From an uncultured delta proteobacterium (GTDB lineage: Bacteria; Desulfobacterota; Desulfobacteria; Desulfobacterales; JAHEIW01), in NCBI GenBank assembly GCA_963706575.1, contig CAVPNL010000007.1, forward strand, positions 1 to 17,106: a stretch of DNA of 17,106 nucleotides. The letters run 5' to 3'. A program made the position numbers and the translations under genes. The notes below the pieces were generated by a model. It was not told the origin of the DNA, made no database searches, and saw only the letters and a program-made list of their open reading frames with translations. Positions 1-8,086 of this stretch are shown in pieces; position 1 is the first letter of the stretch, and each line of letters begins with the position of its first letter.

Positions 1-169
1 TAACGGGAGCCCTTGACATTTCAAGAGCCTGGCTGTCGGTATTGGCTGCAATGAATTTTACGCCCTGCAGATTGGATGCAATCATATTATTGACTGCATT
101 ACCGCCCGCACCGCCGACACCAATTACTTTAATTTTTGCTGATTTTTCCTGATCCACATAGGTAAACAT
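1..169 (-). CDS. ftsZ: Cell division protein FtsZ, 5' part only (continues beyond the window start)
   Basis: Manual translation from ATG at 169: [49 protein letters not shown], with the FtsZ motifs [13 protein letters not shown] and NTDxQAL. AGGAGG RBS at 175-180. Follows ftsA. Confidence 0.97.
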   Translation of the reverse strand, partial: MFTYVDQEKSAKIKVIGVGGAGGNAVNNMIASNLQGVKFIAANTDSQALEMSRAPV

Positions 170-189
170 TTCAGCCTCCTGCTAGTTTA

Positions 190-269
190 GTTAATGGTTA
201 TTGGTTATTCGTATTTATTGCTTCGCCCTTAATTTTAGGCAATTTAGGCATTTTTAATTTTAGGCACTT
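190..269. repeat. ftsA-ftsZ spacer: 7-nt TTATTGG-type tandem array followed by a TTTAGGCA array
   Basis: ttaatgg-ttattgg-ttattcg at 191-211. (aat)tttaggca occurs three times in 231-269. Both motifs recur in 9168-9310. Confidence 0.8.
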
Positions 270-272
270 CTG

Positions 273-1493
273 CTAAACGACATCGTTAAACCAGCGTTTC
301 ATGCGCGTCATAATGCGGTTAAAAATATTTTTATCGCGAATTCTGAATTTACGCGAATCTTGATTGCGTGCGCCGTACAGCACCAGCCCCACCCCTGTGG
401 CATACATGGGGTTGTTGACGACATCCACCAGGCCCGTGATTCCCTGCGGTCTGCCGATGCGACACGGCAGGTTGAAAATCGATTCGGCGATTTCGTTGAC
501 GCCTTCCAAAAGCGCAGTCCCCCCGGTAATGACGATACCGGATGGGATCACGTTTTCCATACCGGCCCGGATGATTTCCCGGTGCACCAGCTGAAAAATT
601 TCCTCCATGCGGGGCTCTAAGATTTCTCCCAGAATCTGACGTGAAAGCTTGCGGGCTTCGCGGCCGGCCATGCCGGGCACTTCGATGGTTTCTTCAGAAC
701 TGATGTTGCTTGCCAGGCAGTTGCCGTATTTCTTCTTGATTTTTTCGGCTTCGGCGTGGGGCGCCCGCAACCCGATAGCGATATCATTGGTCAGGTTGTT
801 TCCGCCCAGGGCGAGCACAAATGTGTGCTTGATGTTGTTTCCGGAAAAGATGGCCAGGTCGGTGGTCCCACCGCCAAGGTCCAGTAGGGCAACACCCAGT
901 TCTTTTTCCTCTTCGGTCAGCACGGCTTCGCCCGAAGCCAATGATTCCAGGACAATATCGCAGACATCCAAACCGGAGCGATTGGCGCATTTAACGATGT
1001 TATGAGCTGATGCTACCGCTCCGGTGACGATATGTATTTTAGCCTCCAGGCGCACGCCGGACATTCCCACAGGGTTCTGGATGCCACGTTCATCATCGAC
1101 CATATATTCCTGCGGCAGTACATGGATAACCTCACGGTCCATCGGAATGGCCACCGCTCGGGCGGCATCGATGACCCGGTCGACATCCTGCTCGCTGACC
1201 TCAGAGCCCTTGACGGCAACGATCCCGCGGCTGTTAAATCCGGTAATGTGACCGCCGGCGATACCGGCATAGACAGCAGAGATCTCACATCCGGCCATCA
1301 GTTCGGCTTCCTCCACCGCTTTTTTTATGGATTCGACGGTCGATTCAATATTGACCACCACGCCTTTTCGCAGGCCGATTGAGGGATTCGTGCCAATGCC
1401 GATGATGTTGGTCCTATCTCCAGTTAACTCGCCGACGACTGAACATATTTTTGTTGTTCCGATATCAAGGCCGACAATAACCTCTCCCTGCAT
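273..1493 (-). CDS. ftsA: Cell division protein FtsA
   Basis: VGLDIGTTKI, DLGGGTTD and ITGGTALL actin-fold motifs. Start moved to ATG 1493 (MQGEVIVG), which has AGGAGG at 1500-1505 and lies just after the ftsQ stop. Confidence 0.97.
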   Translation of the reverse strand: MQGEVIVGLDIGTTKICSVVGELTGDRTNIIGIGTNPSIGLRKGVVVNIESTVESIKKAVEEAELMAGCEISAVYAGIAGGHITGFNSRGIVAVKGSEVSEQDVDRVIDAARAVAIPMDREVIHVLPQEYMVDDERGIQNPVGMSGVRLEAKIHIVTGAVASAHNIVKCANRSGLDVCDIVLESLASGEAVLTEEEKELGVALLDLGGGTTDLAIFSGNNIKHTFVLALGGNNLTNDIAIGLRAPHAEAEKIKKKYGNCLASNISSEETIEVPGMAGREARKLSRQILGEILEPRMEEIFQLVHREIIRAGMENVIPSGIVITGGTALLEGVNEIAESIFNLPCRIGRPQGITGLVDVVNNPMYATGVGLVLYGARNQDSRKFRIRDKNIFNRIMTRMKRWFNDVV

Positions 1494-1494
1494 T

Positions 1495-2397
1495 TTATAC
1501 CTCCTTGTGATCTCCCGTTGGGATTTTACTGACGGGATTGACAACAATGCGGTTTACATTGTTGAGATCAATGCGATCGAAATCCGGGAAACTTCGCCTG
1601 TGCTTGTTCTGCGACAGTATATCTTTGAGCATATTGAATTTATGCGGGTAGTTGTCATACCCCAGCACAATGGTTTTTATTTGTTTAAAGGCCAAAAGGG
1701 TAATGCCGATTTCCCGATCCACCTGAATTTGCCTGATGTTCCGGTTGGACAGGATACTGCGGGTTTGTTTGCCCAGCCTCAGCACCTGCATGACCGCTTC
1801 AAACGGATCGTTGTGCGAATATCCCAATTGCGATGGGTTCCTGTCTCTTACCGATCCCCGCGCGGCGGTTGTGTCGTGGATACGAATATCGGTTGGCGCC
1901 AATCCGCTGACCAACGGTAAATTGGCAGGATCTGTATCGGTCCATTCTTTAAAGATCCGGCCGTTTTCATTTAAGAGGAATTTGCGGCCCAGATCGATAA
2001 TTGCCAGCGGGGTATGTTCCCTAACTTTGATATGAAGCCCGTCAGGGATCACACGCCGGATTTCGGCATCTGCAATCCAGGGTTGAGCCATCAAACGCTT
2101 TCTGACCGTTGCCAGGTTGATGTCCAGAACATTCATTCCTTTTTTCACCCGGGCCGCCTCGATGATCTGATTTTGGCTCAACCGCTGCTCGCCCTCTATT
2201 TTCACGATTTTGGCTTTTAAATAGTCACATTGTGTGATGACATCATAAACGAAAATGAATAAAATGCTGGTGGTCATCAACGCGGCAACACCGGCAATAA
2301 CATAAAAACCGGTTGCCAGATGGCGCAAAAACACAAATTGGCGTTTTTTCTTGGTGCCTTTACGGTAATTTTTGCGCGGCTTTTTCTGTTTGAACAC
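1495..2397 (-). CDS. ftsQ: Cell division protein FtsQ/DivIB
   Basis: Basic N-terminus, one transmembrane helix, POTRA-like segment (IEGEQRLSQNQII...PWIADAEIRRVIPDGLHIKVRE), C-terminal RIDL. Directly upstream of ftsA. GTG start. Confidence 0.9.
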   Translation of the reverse strand: MFKQKKPRKNYRKGTKKKRQFVFLRHLATGFYVIAGVAALMTTSILFIFVYDVITQCDYLKAKIVKIEGEQRLSQNQIIEAARVKKGMNVLDINLATVRKRLMAQPWIADAEIRRVIPDGLHIKVREHTPLAIIDLGRKFLLNENGRIFKEWTDTDPANLPLVSGLAPTDIRIHDTTAARGSVRDRNPSQLGYSHNDPFEAVMQVLRLGKQTRSILSNRNIRQIQVDREIGITLLAFKQIKTIVLGYDNYPHKFNMLKDILSQNKHRRSFPDFDRIDLNNVNRIVVNPVSKIPTGDHKEV

Positions 2398-2416
2398 GGA
2401 TCACCTTATTGGCTAT

Positions 2417-2568
2417 GAGCGCTTCGCTTGTAGAGCGTTCCTCCTTCAGAGGAACTTGAAGAGCGCTTCGCTTTAGGCCAGTTACGACTTTCAACATCGA
2501 GTCCCGCGCCGCGGGACGCTCTTCAAGGTTCACAGAACCGCTCCTAATGGCCCTACGGGCCGCTCCTG
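2417..2568. repeat. Multi-hairpin palindromic element in the murC-ftsQ spacer
   Basis: gagcgcttcgctt occurs at 2417-2429 and 2461-2473. Perfect 11-bp inverted repeat cttgaagagcg 2455-2465 / cgctcttcaag 2517-2527. Hairpins gttcctc-N5-gaggaac (2437-2455), gtcccgc-gcc-gcgggac (2501-2517) and ggccc-tac-gggcc. Confidence 0.75.
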
Positions 2569-3936
2569 TTATTTTTTGTTGAGAAACATTTCACCCACCT
2601 TGTATACATCTCCGGCACCCAGCGTCAGAAGCACATCGCCGGGCTGCAGGGTCTGTTTTAAATGGGAAAGGGCGGCTTTAAACCCATCGGCGTGTATAAC
2701 TTCCTTATGGCCGTGAGCTTTAATTTCCTCACAGAGATTTTGCGAAGTCACGCCTGCTATTTTTTTTTCGCTGGCGGCATATATCGGCAGCACCACCAGA
2801 ACATCCGATTGGTAAAATGCCCGGCTGAACTCATCAAACAGGGCCCGGGTTCGGCTGTAGCGGTGGGGCTGAAATACGACCACCTTGCGTCGATTCTGCC
2901 AGTTTTCTTCAACCGTTTCCAGAGTCACCTTGATCTCGGTGGGATGATGCCCGTAGTCATCGATGACGGTGACCCCGTTGGTCTCTCCTTTGATTTCCAA
3001 ACGGCGTTGAACGCCTTCTACGGTTTCCAGCGCGCTTTTAATCTGATCAAAGGCAATGTTCAGCTCCACGCCCACGGCAATGCTGGCCGTAGCATTATAG
3101 ACATTGTGTATTCCGGGCAGGTTCAGATTGATCATCCCCAATTTTTTGCCATGGTGGTAAATATCAAAGCGGCTTTTTTGCTGTCCGAATTCCACGTCCC
3201 GGATCTGGAAATCGGCCTGGGATGTCATGCCGTAAGTGGTGTAACGTTTTTTTATGCGTGGAATCAGATCCTGAATCGGTTCATTGTCCAGGCATAAAAC
3301 CGCCAGACCGTAAAAAGGTATGCGATCCAGAAAGTTTAAAAAGACGGTTTTGATGGCATCCAGATCGGCATAGAAGTCCAGGTGTTCTTTGTCGATATTC
3401 GTCACCACGGCAATGGTGGGTGAAAACTTTAAAAAAGAACCATCGCTTTCATCCGCTTCGGCGACAATAAAATCCCCTTTTCCCAGTACGGCATTGGAGC
3501 CGATGCTTTTTAATTTTCCGCCGATGACCACCGTGGGATCCAGTTTGCCTTCGGCCAGTACCGAGGCCACAATCGAGGTGGTGGATGTTTTGCCATGCGC
3601 ACCGGCGATCGCGATGCTGTATTTTAAGCGCATCAGTTCGGCCAGCATTTCAGCACGGGGGATCACCGGAATCGACGCTTGCCCGGCTGCCTGAACTTCC
3701 GGGTTATCCGGATCGATGGCCGAGGAAACCACCACCACGTCTGCTTTTTTGATATTCTCAGCAGCGTGTCCTTTAAATATGGTGCCGCCCAGCGTTTTCA
3801 GGCGGTCGGTAATATCCGAATGTTTTACATCCGAACCCGACACCTTGTAGCCCAGATTCAGCAGTAATTCGGCAATTCCGCTCATGCCGATGCCGCCGAT
3901 GCCGACAAAATGAATATGGTATTTTTTAAGATACAT
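2569..3936 (-). CDS. murC: UDP-N-acetylmuramate--L-alanine ligase
   Basis: HFVGIGGIGMSG, GAHGKTSTT, EADESDGSF, DDYGHHPTE and FQPHRYSR motifs. Confidence 0.98.
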   Translation of the reverse strand: MYLKKYHIHFVGIGGIGMSGIAELLLNLGYKVSGSDVKHSDITDRLKTLGGTIFKGHAAENIKKADVVVVSSAIDPDNPEVQAAGQASIPVIPRAEMLAELMRLKYSIAIAGAHGKTSTTSIVASVLAEGKLDPTVVIGGKLKSIGSNAVLGKGDFIVAEADESDGSFLKFSPTIAVVTNIDKEHLDFYADLDAIKTVFLNFLDRIPFYGLAVLCLDNEPIQDLIPRIKKRYTTYGMTSQADFQIRDVEFGQQKSRFDIYHHGKKLGMINLNLPGIHNVYNATASIAVGVELNIAFDQIKSALETVEGVQRRLEIKGETNGVTVIDDYGHHPTEIKVTLETVEENWQNRRKVVVFQPHRYSRTRALFDEFSRAFYQSDVLVVLPIYAASEKKIAGVTSQNLCEEIKAHGHKEVIHADGFKAALSHLKQTLQPGDVLLTLGAGDVYKVGEMFLNKK

Positions 3937-3940
3937 AATG

Positions 3941-4052
3941 TTTAGTTAAATGGTTGATTCGTTGAATAGTTAAATGGTTGGAAACGGCCCATCATCTCTG
4001 GCATTTCATGTTCCCTATTTAACCAATCAACTATTTGACGAATTAACTAATT
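3941..4052. repeat. Inverted pair of degenerate 9-nt tandem arrays; one arm overlaps the murG 3' end
   Basis: Left arm tttagttaaatggttgattcgttgaatagttaaatggttgg (3941-3981). Right arm ctatttaaccaatcaactatttgacgaattaactaa (about 4015-4050) is of the complementary unit type. Confidence 0.75.
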
Positions 4053-5268
4053 CATAGCAATCATCCACGATCTTTTCGGCCGCAGCCGGATGTCCCAGTT
4101 GACCGGCTTTTGTTGCCATGGCTTCCAGCGTTTCAGGGTGCGAGGCATAATATTCGATTTTTTGCCCCAGGTTTCTGGCATCCAGATCTTTTTCCAGTAT
4201 CATTTCCGCGGCGCCTTCCCTGGCCAGCGTATCGGCATTTAAGGCCTGATGGTTATCGGCGGCAAAAGGGAAGGGGATAAAAATCACCGCTTTCCCCACA
4301 GCCGTCACCTCGGCCACTGTTGTGGCACCGGCCCGGCATATAATCAGATCGGCCTGTTTGTACAGCGGGGCCATATGCCTGAAAAATGATTGAACTCTGG
4401 CCGCGATGCCCAGACGCTGGTAGGCCGCATTTACCGTTTGTTCGTCGTCCGCACCGGTCTGATGGATAAAATACAGCCTTTCTTTTTGGGCTAAATGGCT
4501 CAGGGCTTCAATGACGATCATATTGATACGGTGCGCGCCCTGGCTTCCGCCGATGATCAGAACGCAAAACGATTTTGAATCGGCGGCGGCATCATTGCTG
4601 TTACCTTCATGATGGTTCAAAAGCTCTTTACGCACCGGATTGCCCGTCAGCAGTATTTTCTGCGGGTCAAAGCGCTTCTTTGTATCATCAAACGATATGT
4701 AAATTCGGTCGGCCAAGCGTGCCAGAATCCGGTTGGTAATGCCGGGTAAAATATTTTGTTCATGCAGCACTATTTTAGTTCTCATCAGCCATGCGCCCAC
4801 GACCACAGGCCCGGCCGAATAACTGCCAAGACCTACGGTCAGATCCGGTTGATATTCTTTTAAGATCCGGACCGATTCGACAATCCCTTTGGGTATTTTC
4901 AGTGCCGATTTCGCCTGATTCCATAAGCCGCGGCCTTTGATTCCTTCGGCAGTAATGGTCTCAAGTCTAAAATCCGTCTGGCCAAGCACCGATCGCTCCA
5001 GCGGGTTACCCGTGCTGACAAAAAGAACGGTGTTGCGCTCATTTCGCGCCATAAACTCCTGGGCGATCGCCAGTCCCGGAAACAAGTGGCCGCCGGTGCC
5101 GCCGCCGGCAATTACAACTCTGAGCGCCCGAGGCGCTCCGTTCGAGGAGCGCTCCGCTTGAGGATCGTCTCGCCGGCCGCGAGACTTAAGGTTTGAGGCT
5201 GAATTACTTTGTGCCTCCAACCTCAAACCTCCGACCTCAAACAATGTATTATTATTTATTACGTTCAT
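4027..5268 (-). CDS. murG: Undecaprenyl-PP-MurNAc-pentapeptide GlcNAc transferase MurG, with a repeat-derived N-terminal extension
   Basis: IAGGGTGGHLFPG, HEQNILPGITNR, GGSQGA, CRAGATTVAE and DNHQALNA motifs. ATG overlaps the ftsW stop (ATGA 5265-5268). The start is uncertain because TTG alternatives exist within the extension. Confidence 0.96.
   Translation of the reverse strand: MNVINNNTLFEVGGLRLEAQSNSASNLKSRGRRDDPQAERSSNGAPRALRVVIAGGGTGGHLFPGLAIAQEFMARNERNTVLFVSTGNPLERSVLGQTDFRLETITAEGIKGRGLWNQAKSALKIPKGIVESVRILKEYQPDLTVGLGSYSAGPVVVGAWLMRTKIVLHEQNILPGITNRILARLADRIYISFDDTKKRFDPQKILLTGNPVRKELLNHHEGNSNDAAADSKSFCVLIIGGSQGAHRINMIVIEALSHLAQKERLYFIHQTGADDEQTVNAAYQRLGIAARVQSFFRHMAPLYKQADLIICRAGATTVAEVTAVGKAVIFIPFPFAADNHQALNADTLAREGAAEMILEKDLDARNLGQKIEYYASHPETLEAMATKAGQLGHPAAAEKIVDDCYELVNSSNS
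5122..5242. repeat. Palindromic element plus ACCTCAA 7-mer array inside the murG 5' coding region
   Basis: Hairpins gagcgcc-cga-ggcgctc (5122-5138) and gtctcgc-N5-gcgagac (5167-5185). gagcgctccgcttg at 5147-5160. Heptamers gcctcca-acctcaa-acctccg-acctcaa at 5213-5240. Confidence 0.75.
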
Positions 5269-6389
5269 TTAGCTTTTGACGCACTGATATTCATCAATAT
5301 GCCGATGGAGGCCATGTTCAGTAGGAGCGACGTACCCCCGTAACTCAGCAACGGCAGGGTTAGGCCCTTTGTCGGCAGCAGCCCGAGTGCGACCCCCATG
5401 TTCACCACTATTTGCAGCCCCATTGCGATGGTCAGACCCACGGCCAGGTAGGCACCGAACAGGTCCGGGGCACTTCGCGCAATCGCAATTCCGCGGATAA
5501 TGATCCAACCATAAAGCCCGATGATGATCAGAACACCCAGCAGCCCCAGCTCTTCACCGATGACCGAAAAAATAAAATCCGTATGCGGTTCCGGAAGATA
5601 AAACAGTTTCTGGTAGCCTTTCCCGATCCCGGTTCCCCAGAACCCGCCGGTCCCAAATGCCATCAGAGAATGTACGATCTGATATCCCGCGTCGCTTGAG
5701 TGCTCCCATGGATTCAGGAATCCCAAAATGCGCTTTGCCCGGTATTCGGCGTTGATCAAAAAAATATACGCAACCGGTAAAATAACGAGCAGCGATGCGA
5801 AAAGCTGCCAGAAGCGAACCCCGCCGGTAAAGAGCAGGATCCAGGTGAGCGCCCCCAGAATAAACACGGAACCAAAGTCCGGCTGGATAAATATCAGAAT
5901 CATAAAAACGCCGAGCATCAGAACATGCGGTACAAAGCCGATGGAAAAATCTTTAATCCGATCCGCTTTTTTTTCCATCGAGTAAGCCAGATAGATCACC
6001 AAGGCAATTCGGGCAAATTCAGATGGCTGAAACGAAAAACTGCCCAATTGCATCCAGCGGGTAGAACCGCCGGCGGACAACCCCAGGTCGGTAAACTGAA
6101 TGACCGTCAGAAGCGCCAGAGACAGGCCCACCAGAGGATAGGCCAGCGGGCGATAATATTTGTATGGAAAATGCCGGGCGATGACCAAAATGATGACACC
6201 CGCAAAGGCGAACAACGCCTGTTTTTTCAGGAAAAAATAATCACTGGCGAATTTTTTAAGTGCCAGGGCCGAGCTGGCGCTGTACACCATCACGATTCCG
6301 ATCCCCACCAGGAAAAGTACCGGAAACAGGAGCTGAACATCATAGATGGCTGTTTGGGTATGGTGTTGTTTTTTGGTCATTGTCCCCAA
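5265..6389 (-). CDS. ftsW: SEDS-family peptidoglycan polymerase FtsW
   Basis: Polytopic membrane protein with FQPSEFAR, QPDFG, LPEPHTDFIFSVIGEELG and LPLLSYGGTS. Start is either TTG 6389 or ATG 6380. Confidence 0.96.
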   Translation of the reverse strand: MGTMTKKQHHTQTAIYDVQLLFPVLFLVGIGIVMVYSASSALALKKFASDYFFLKKQALFAFAGVIILVIARHFPYKYYRPLAYPLVGLSLALLTVIQFTDLGLSAGGSTRWMQLGSFSFQPSEFARIALVIYLAYSMEKKADRIKDFSIGFVPHVLMLGVFMILIFIQPDFGSVFILGALTWILLFTGGVRFWQLFASLLVILPVAYIFLINAEYRAKRILGFLNPWEHSSDAGYQIVHSLMAFGTGGFWGTGIGKGYQKLFYLPEPHTDFIFSVIGEELGLLGVLIIIGLYGWIIIRGIAIARSAPDLFGAYLAVGLTIAMGLQIVVNMGVALGLLPTKGLTLPLLSYGGTSLLLNMASIGILMNISASKAK

Positions 6390-6468
6390 AATTCGAACCT
6401 ATCTCCTAAATAGCAAATCGACCCTATCAGTCTCCCGTTTTGCGGGATCCCACATCTTATTGACTCCA

Positions 6469-6492
6469 GTGGGAGCGGCATCTTGCCGCGAT
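6469..6492 (+). repeat. REP-like palindrome GTGGGAGCGGC-N5-GCCGCGAT
   Basis: gtgggagcggcatcttgccgcgat. Same family as the copies at 9208-9231, 9247-9270 and 9472-9495. Confidence 0.8.
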
Positions 6493-6538
6493 ATCTGAGC
6501 GTCTTTGCGTGAGTCTATCTTGTCCATCACCTTCATCC

Positions 6539-7954
6539 TCAGGCTTTGTTGTCAGCCTTCTTCTTGATTTCCCCAACCGCGCGGCGGAAATCATCTCCGC
6601 GTTCGGCATAATTGCTGTACCAGTCAAAGCTTGCACAACCGGGAGAAAACAAAACGACATCCTCCGGGTCGGCATCCTGAAAGGCCGTTGTGACGGCATC
6701 CTGCATTGAAGCGGCGACCTTTGTCGGCAGCAGCTGCCCCAGGGCCGCGCGGATCGCTTCAGCGGCTTCTCCCATTACGATGAGCTCTTTGGCATGCGCC
6801 CGAATGTGGTCCTGCAGCATGCTGAAATTGCTGCCCTTGTCGCGGCCGCCCATCAGCAGCAACACGGGCTTTGAAAAGGAATCCAGTGCCCTCAACACCC
6901 CGTCCACGTTGGTGGCTTTGGAGTCATTGTAATAGTGGACGCCATTGACGGTCGCTACCTGCTCGAGTCGGTGGGCCAGTCCTTTAAAATGATCCAATGT
7001 TTTCTGGATCCCTTCCAGCGTTGCTCCGGACGCAAGCGCCGCCAGGCTGGCGGCACACGCATTTTCAAAATTGTGTCGCCCCCGAAGGCGTAATTTAGCG
7101 ATATCCAAATATTCACGATTGCGGATTGCGGATTGCAGATTGCGGATTTCAGGTTGAATCCTTTTTAATTTCTTCAGGTTCAGAATTATTCGCTTTCCGT
7201 TCAGGACAGCACCCTGTTCATTTGCCTCTGGTGAGGGGAAATACAGCCGCTGGCTTTTTATTGCTTTTGTTTTTGTGCGAATCAACGGATCGGATCCATT
7301 GAGCACAGCGACATCGCCGGCTTGCTGGTTGTTGAAAACACGCATTTTGGAATCTGCGTAGGCTTCAAAATTCGGGTAGCGGTCGAGGTGATCCGCGGTA
7401 ATATTCAGCAGTACGCTGACTTTCGCCCTGAAACGCTCAATGGTGTCGAGCTGAAAACTGCTGATTTCCGCTACAACGACCTGTTTTTTTTGACCGCTGC
7501 CGGCATATTCGATCAGCGGTTTGCCAATATTGCCGCCCACAAAAACACTGATACCCGAATTTTTAAGCATCTGCCCCAGAAGTTCGGTGGTTGTGGTCTT
7601 GCCGTTTGTGCCGGTTACGGCAACGATCGGCTCTTTGATGAATCTTGAGGCTAATTCCACCTCACCCATAAGCGGGATGCCTCGGGATCCGGCCCGTTCT
7701 ATGGGTTCGATGGTATGGGAGACGCCGGGGCTGACAACAATAAGATCAGCATCTTGAAAAGAAGTGATGCGGTGCGGTCCCAGTTCCAGAGCGACCCCCA
7801 TCTCCCGCAACATCCTGACCGAATCTCCCAGCTGTGTTTCGTCGGCTGTATCGGCAACCAGAACCCGGGCCCCCTTTTGTTTCAGGAAGCGGGCGGTCGC
7901 AAGTCCGGTGCGTCCCAGACCGACGACTACGATATTTTTATTTTTGAGCTCCAG
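6539..7954 (-). CDS. murD: UDP-N-acetylmuramoyl-L-alanine--D-glutamate ligase
   Basis: VVSPGV, VTGTNGKTTT, EISSFQL, DHLDRY, NDSKATN and SPGCASFD motifs. The frame stays open upstream of the ORF-track start (7813), encoding (L/M)ELKNKNIVVVGLGRTGLATARFL from CTG at 7954. An in-frame TAA lies at 7973-7975. Confidence 0.93.
   Translation of the reverse strand: MELKNKNIVVVGLGRTGLATARFLKQKGARVLVADTADETQLGDSVRMLREMGVALELGPHRITSFQDADLIVVSPGVSHTIEPIERAGSRGIPLMGEVELASRFIKEPIVAVTGTNGKTTTTELLGQMLKNSGISVFVGGNIGKPLIEYAGSGQKKQVVVAEISSFQLDTIERFRAKVSVLLNITADHLDRYPNFEAYADSKMRVFNNQQAGDVAVLNGSDPLIRTKTKAIKSQRLYFPSPEANEQGAVLNGKRIILNLKKLKRIQPEIRNLQSAIRNREYLDIAKLRLRGRHNFENACAASLAALASGATLEGIQKTLDHFKGLAHRLEQVATVNGVHYYNDSKATNVDGVLRALDSFSKPVLLLMGGRDKGSNFSMLQDHIRAHAKELIVMGEAAEAIRAALGQLLPTKVAASMQDAVTTAFQDADPEDVVLFSPGCASFDWYSNYAERGDDFRRAVGEIKKKADNKA
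7110..7151. repeat. GATTGCG 7-nt tandem repeat inside murD, in frame
   Basis: tattcac-gattgcg-gattgcg-gattgca-gattgcg-gatttca, encoding EIRNLQSAIRNRE on the minus strand. Confidence 0.85.
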
Positions 7955-7982
7955 GGTTATTATTTTTATCTTTTAATTTCAT

Positions 7983-8081
7983 GTTTAATTGGTTCAATTG
8001 GTTTTATTTGTTTAATTAGTTTAAGCATTCAGATTAGCGACAACCAATAAAACCAATTAAACCAATCAAACGAATGAAACG
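7983..8081. repeat. Inverted pair of 9-nt tandem arrays in the mraY-murD spacer
   Basis: gtttaattg-gttcaattg-gttttattt-gtttaatta (from 7983) faces aaccaataa-aaccaatta-aaccaatca-aacgaatga (from 8042). Confidence 0.85.
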
Positions 8082-8086
8082 TTTTC

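Noticed and set aside
1494..1547. 18-aa N-terminal extension of FtsA in the ORF track
   Set aside because: It overlaps the ftsQ 3' end. ATG 1493 has a strong AGGAGG and matches the normal FtsA start.
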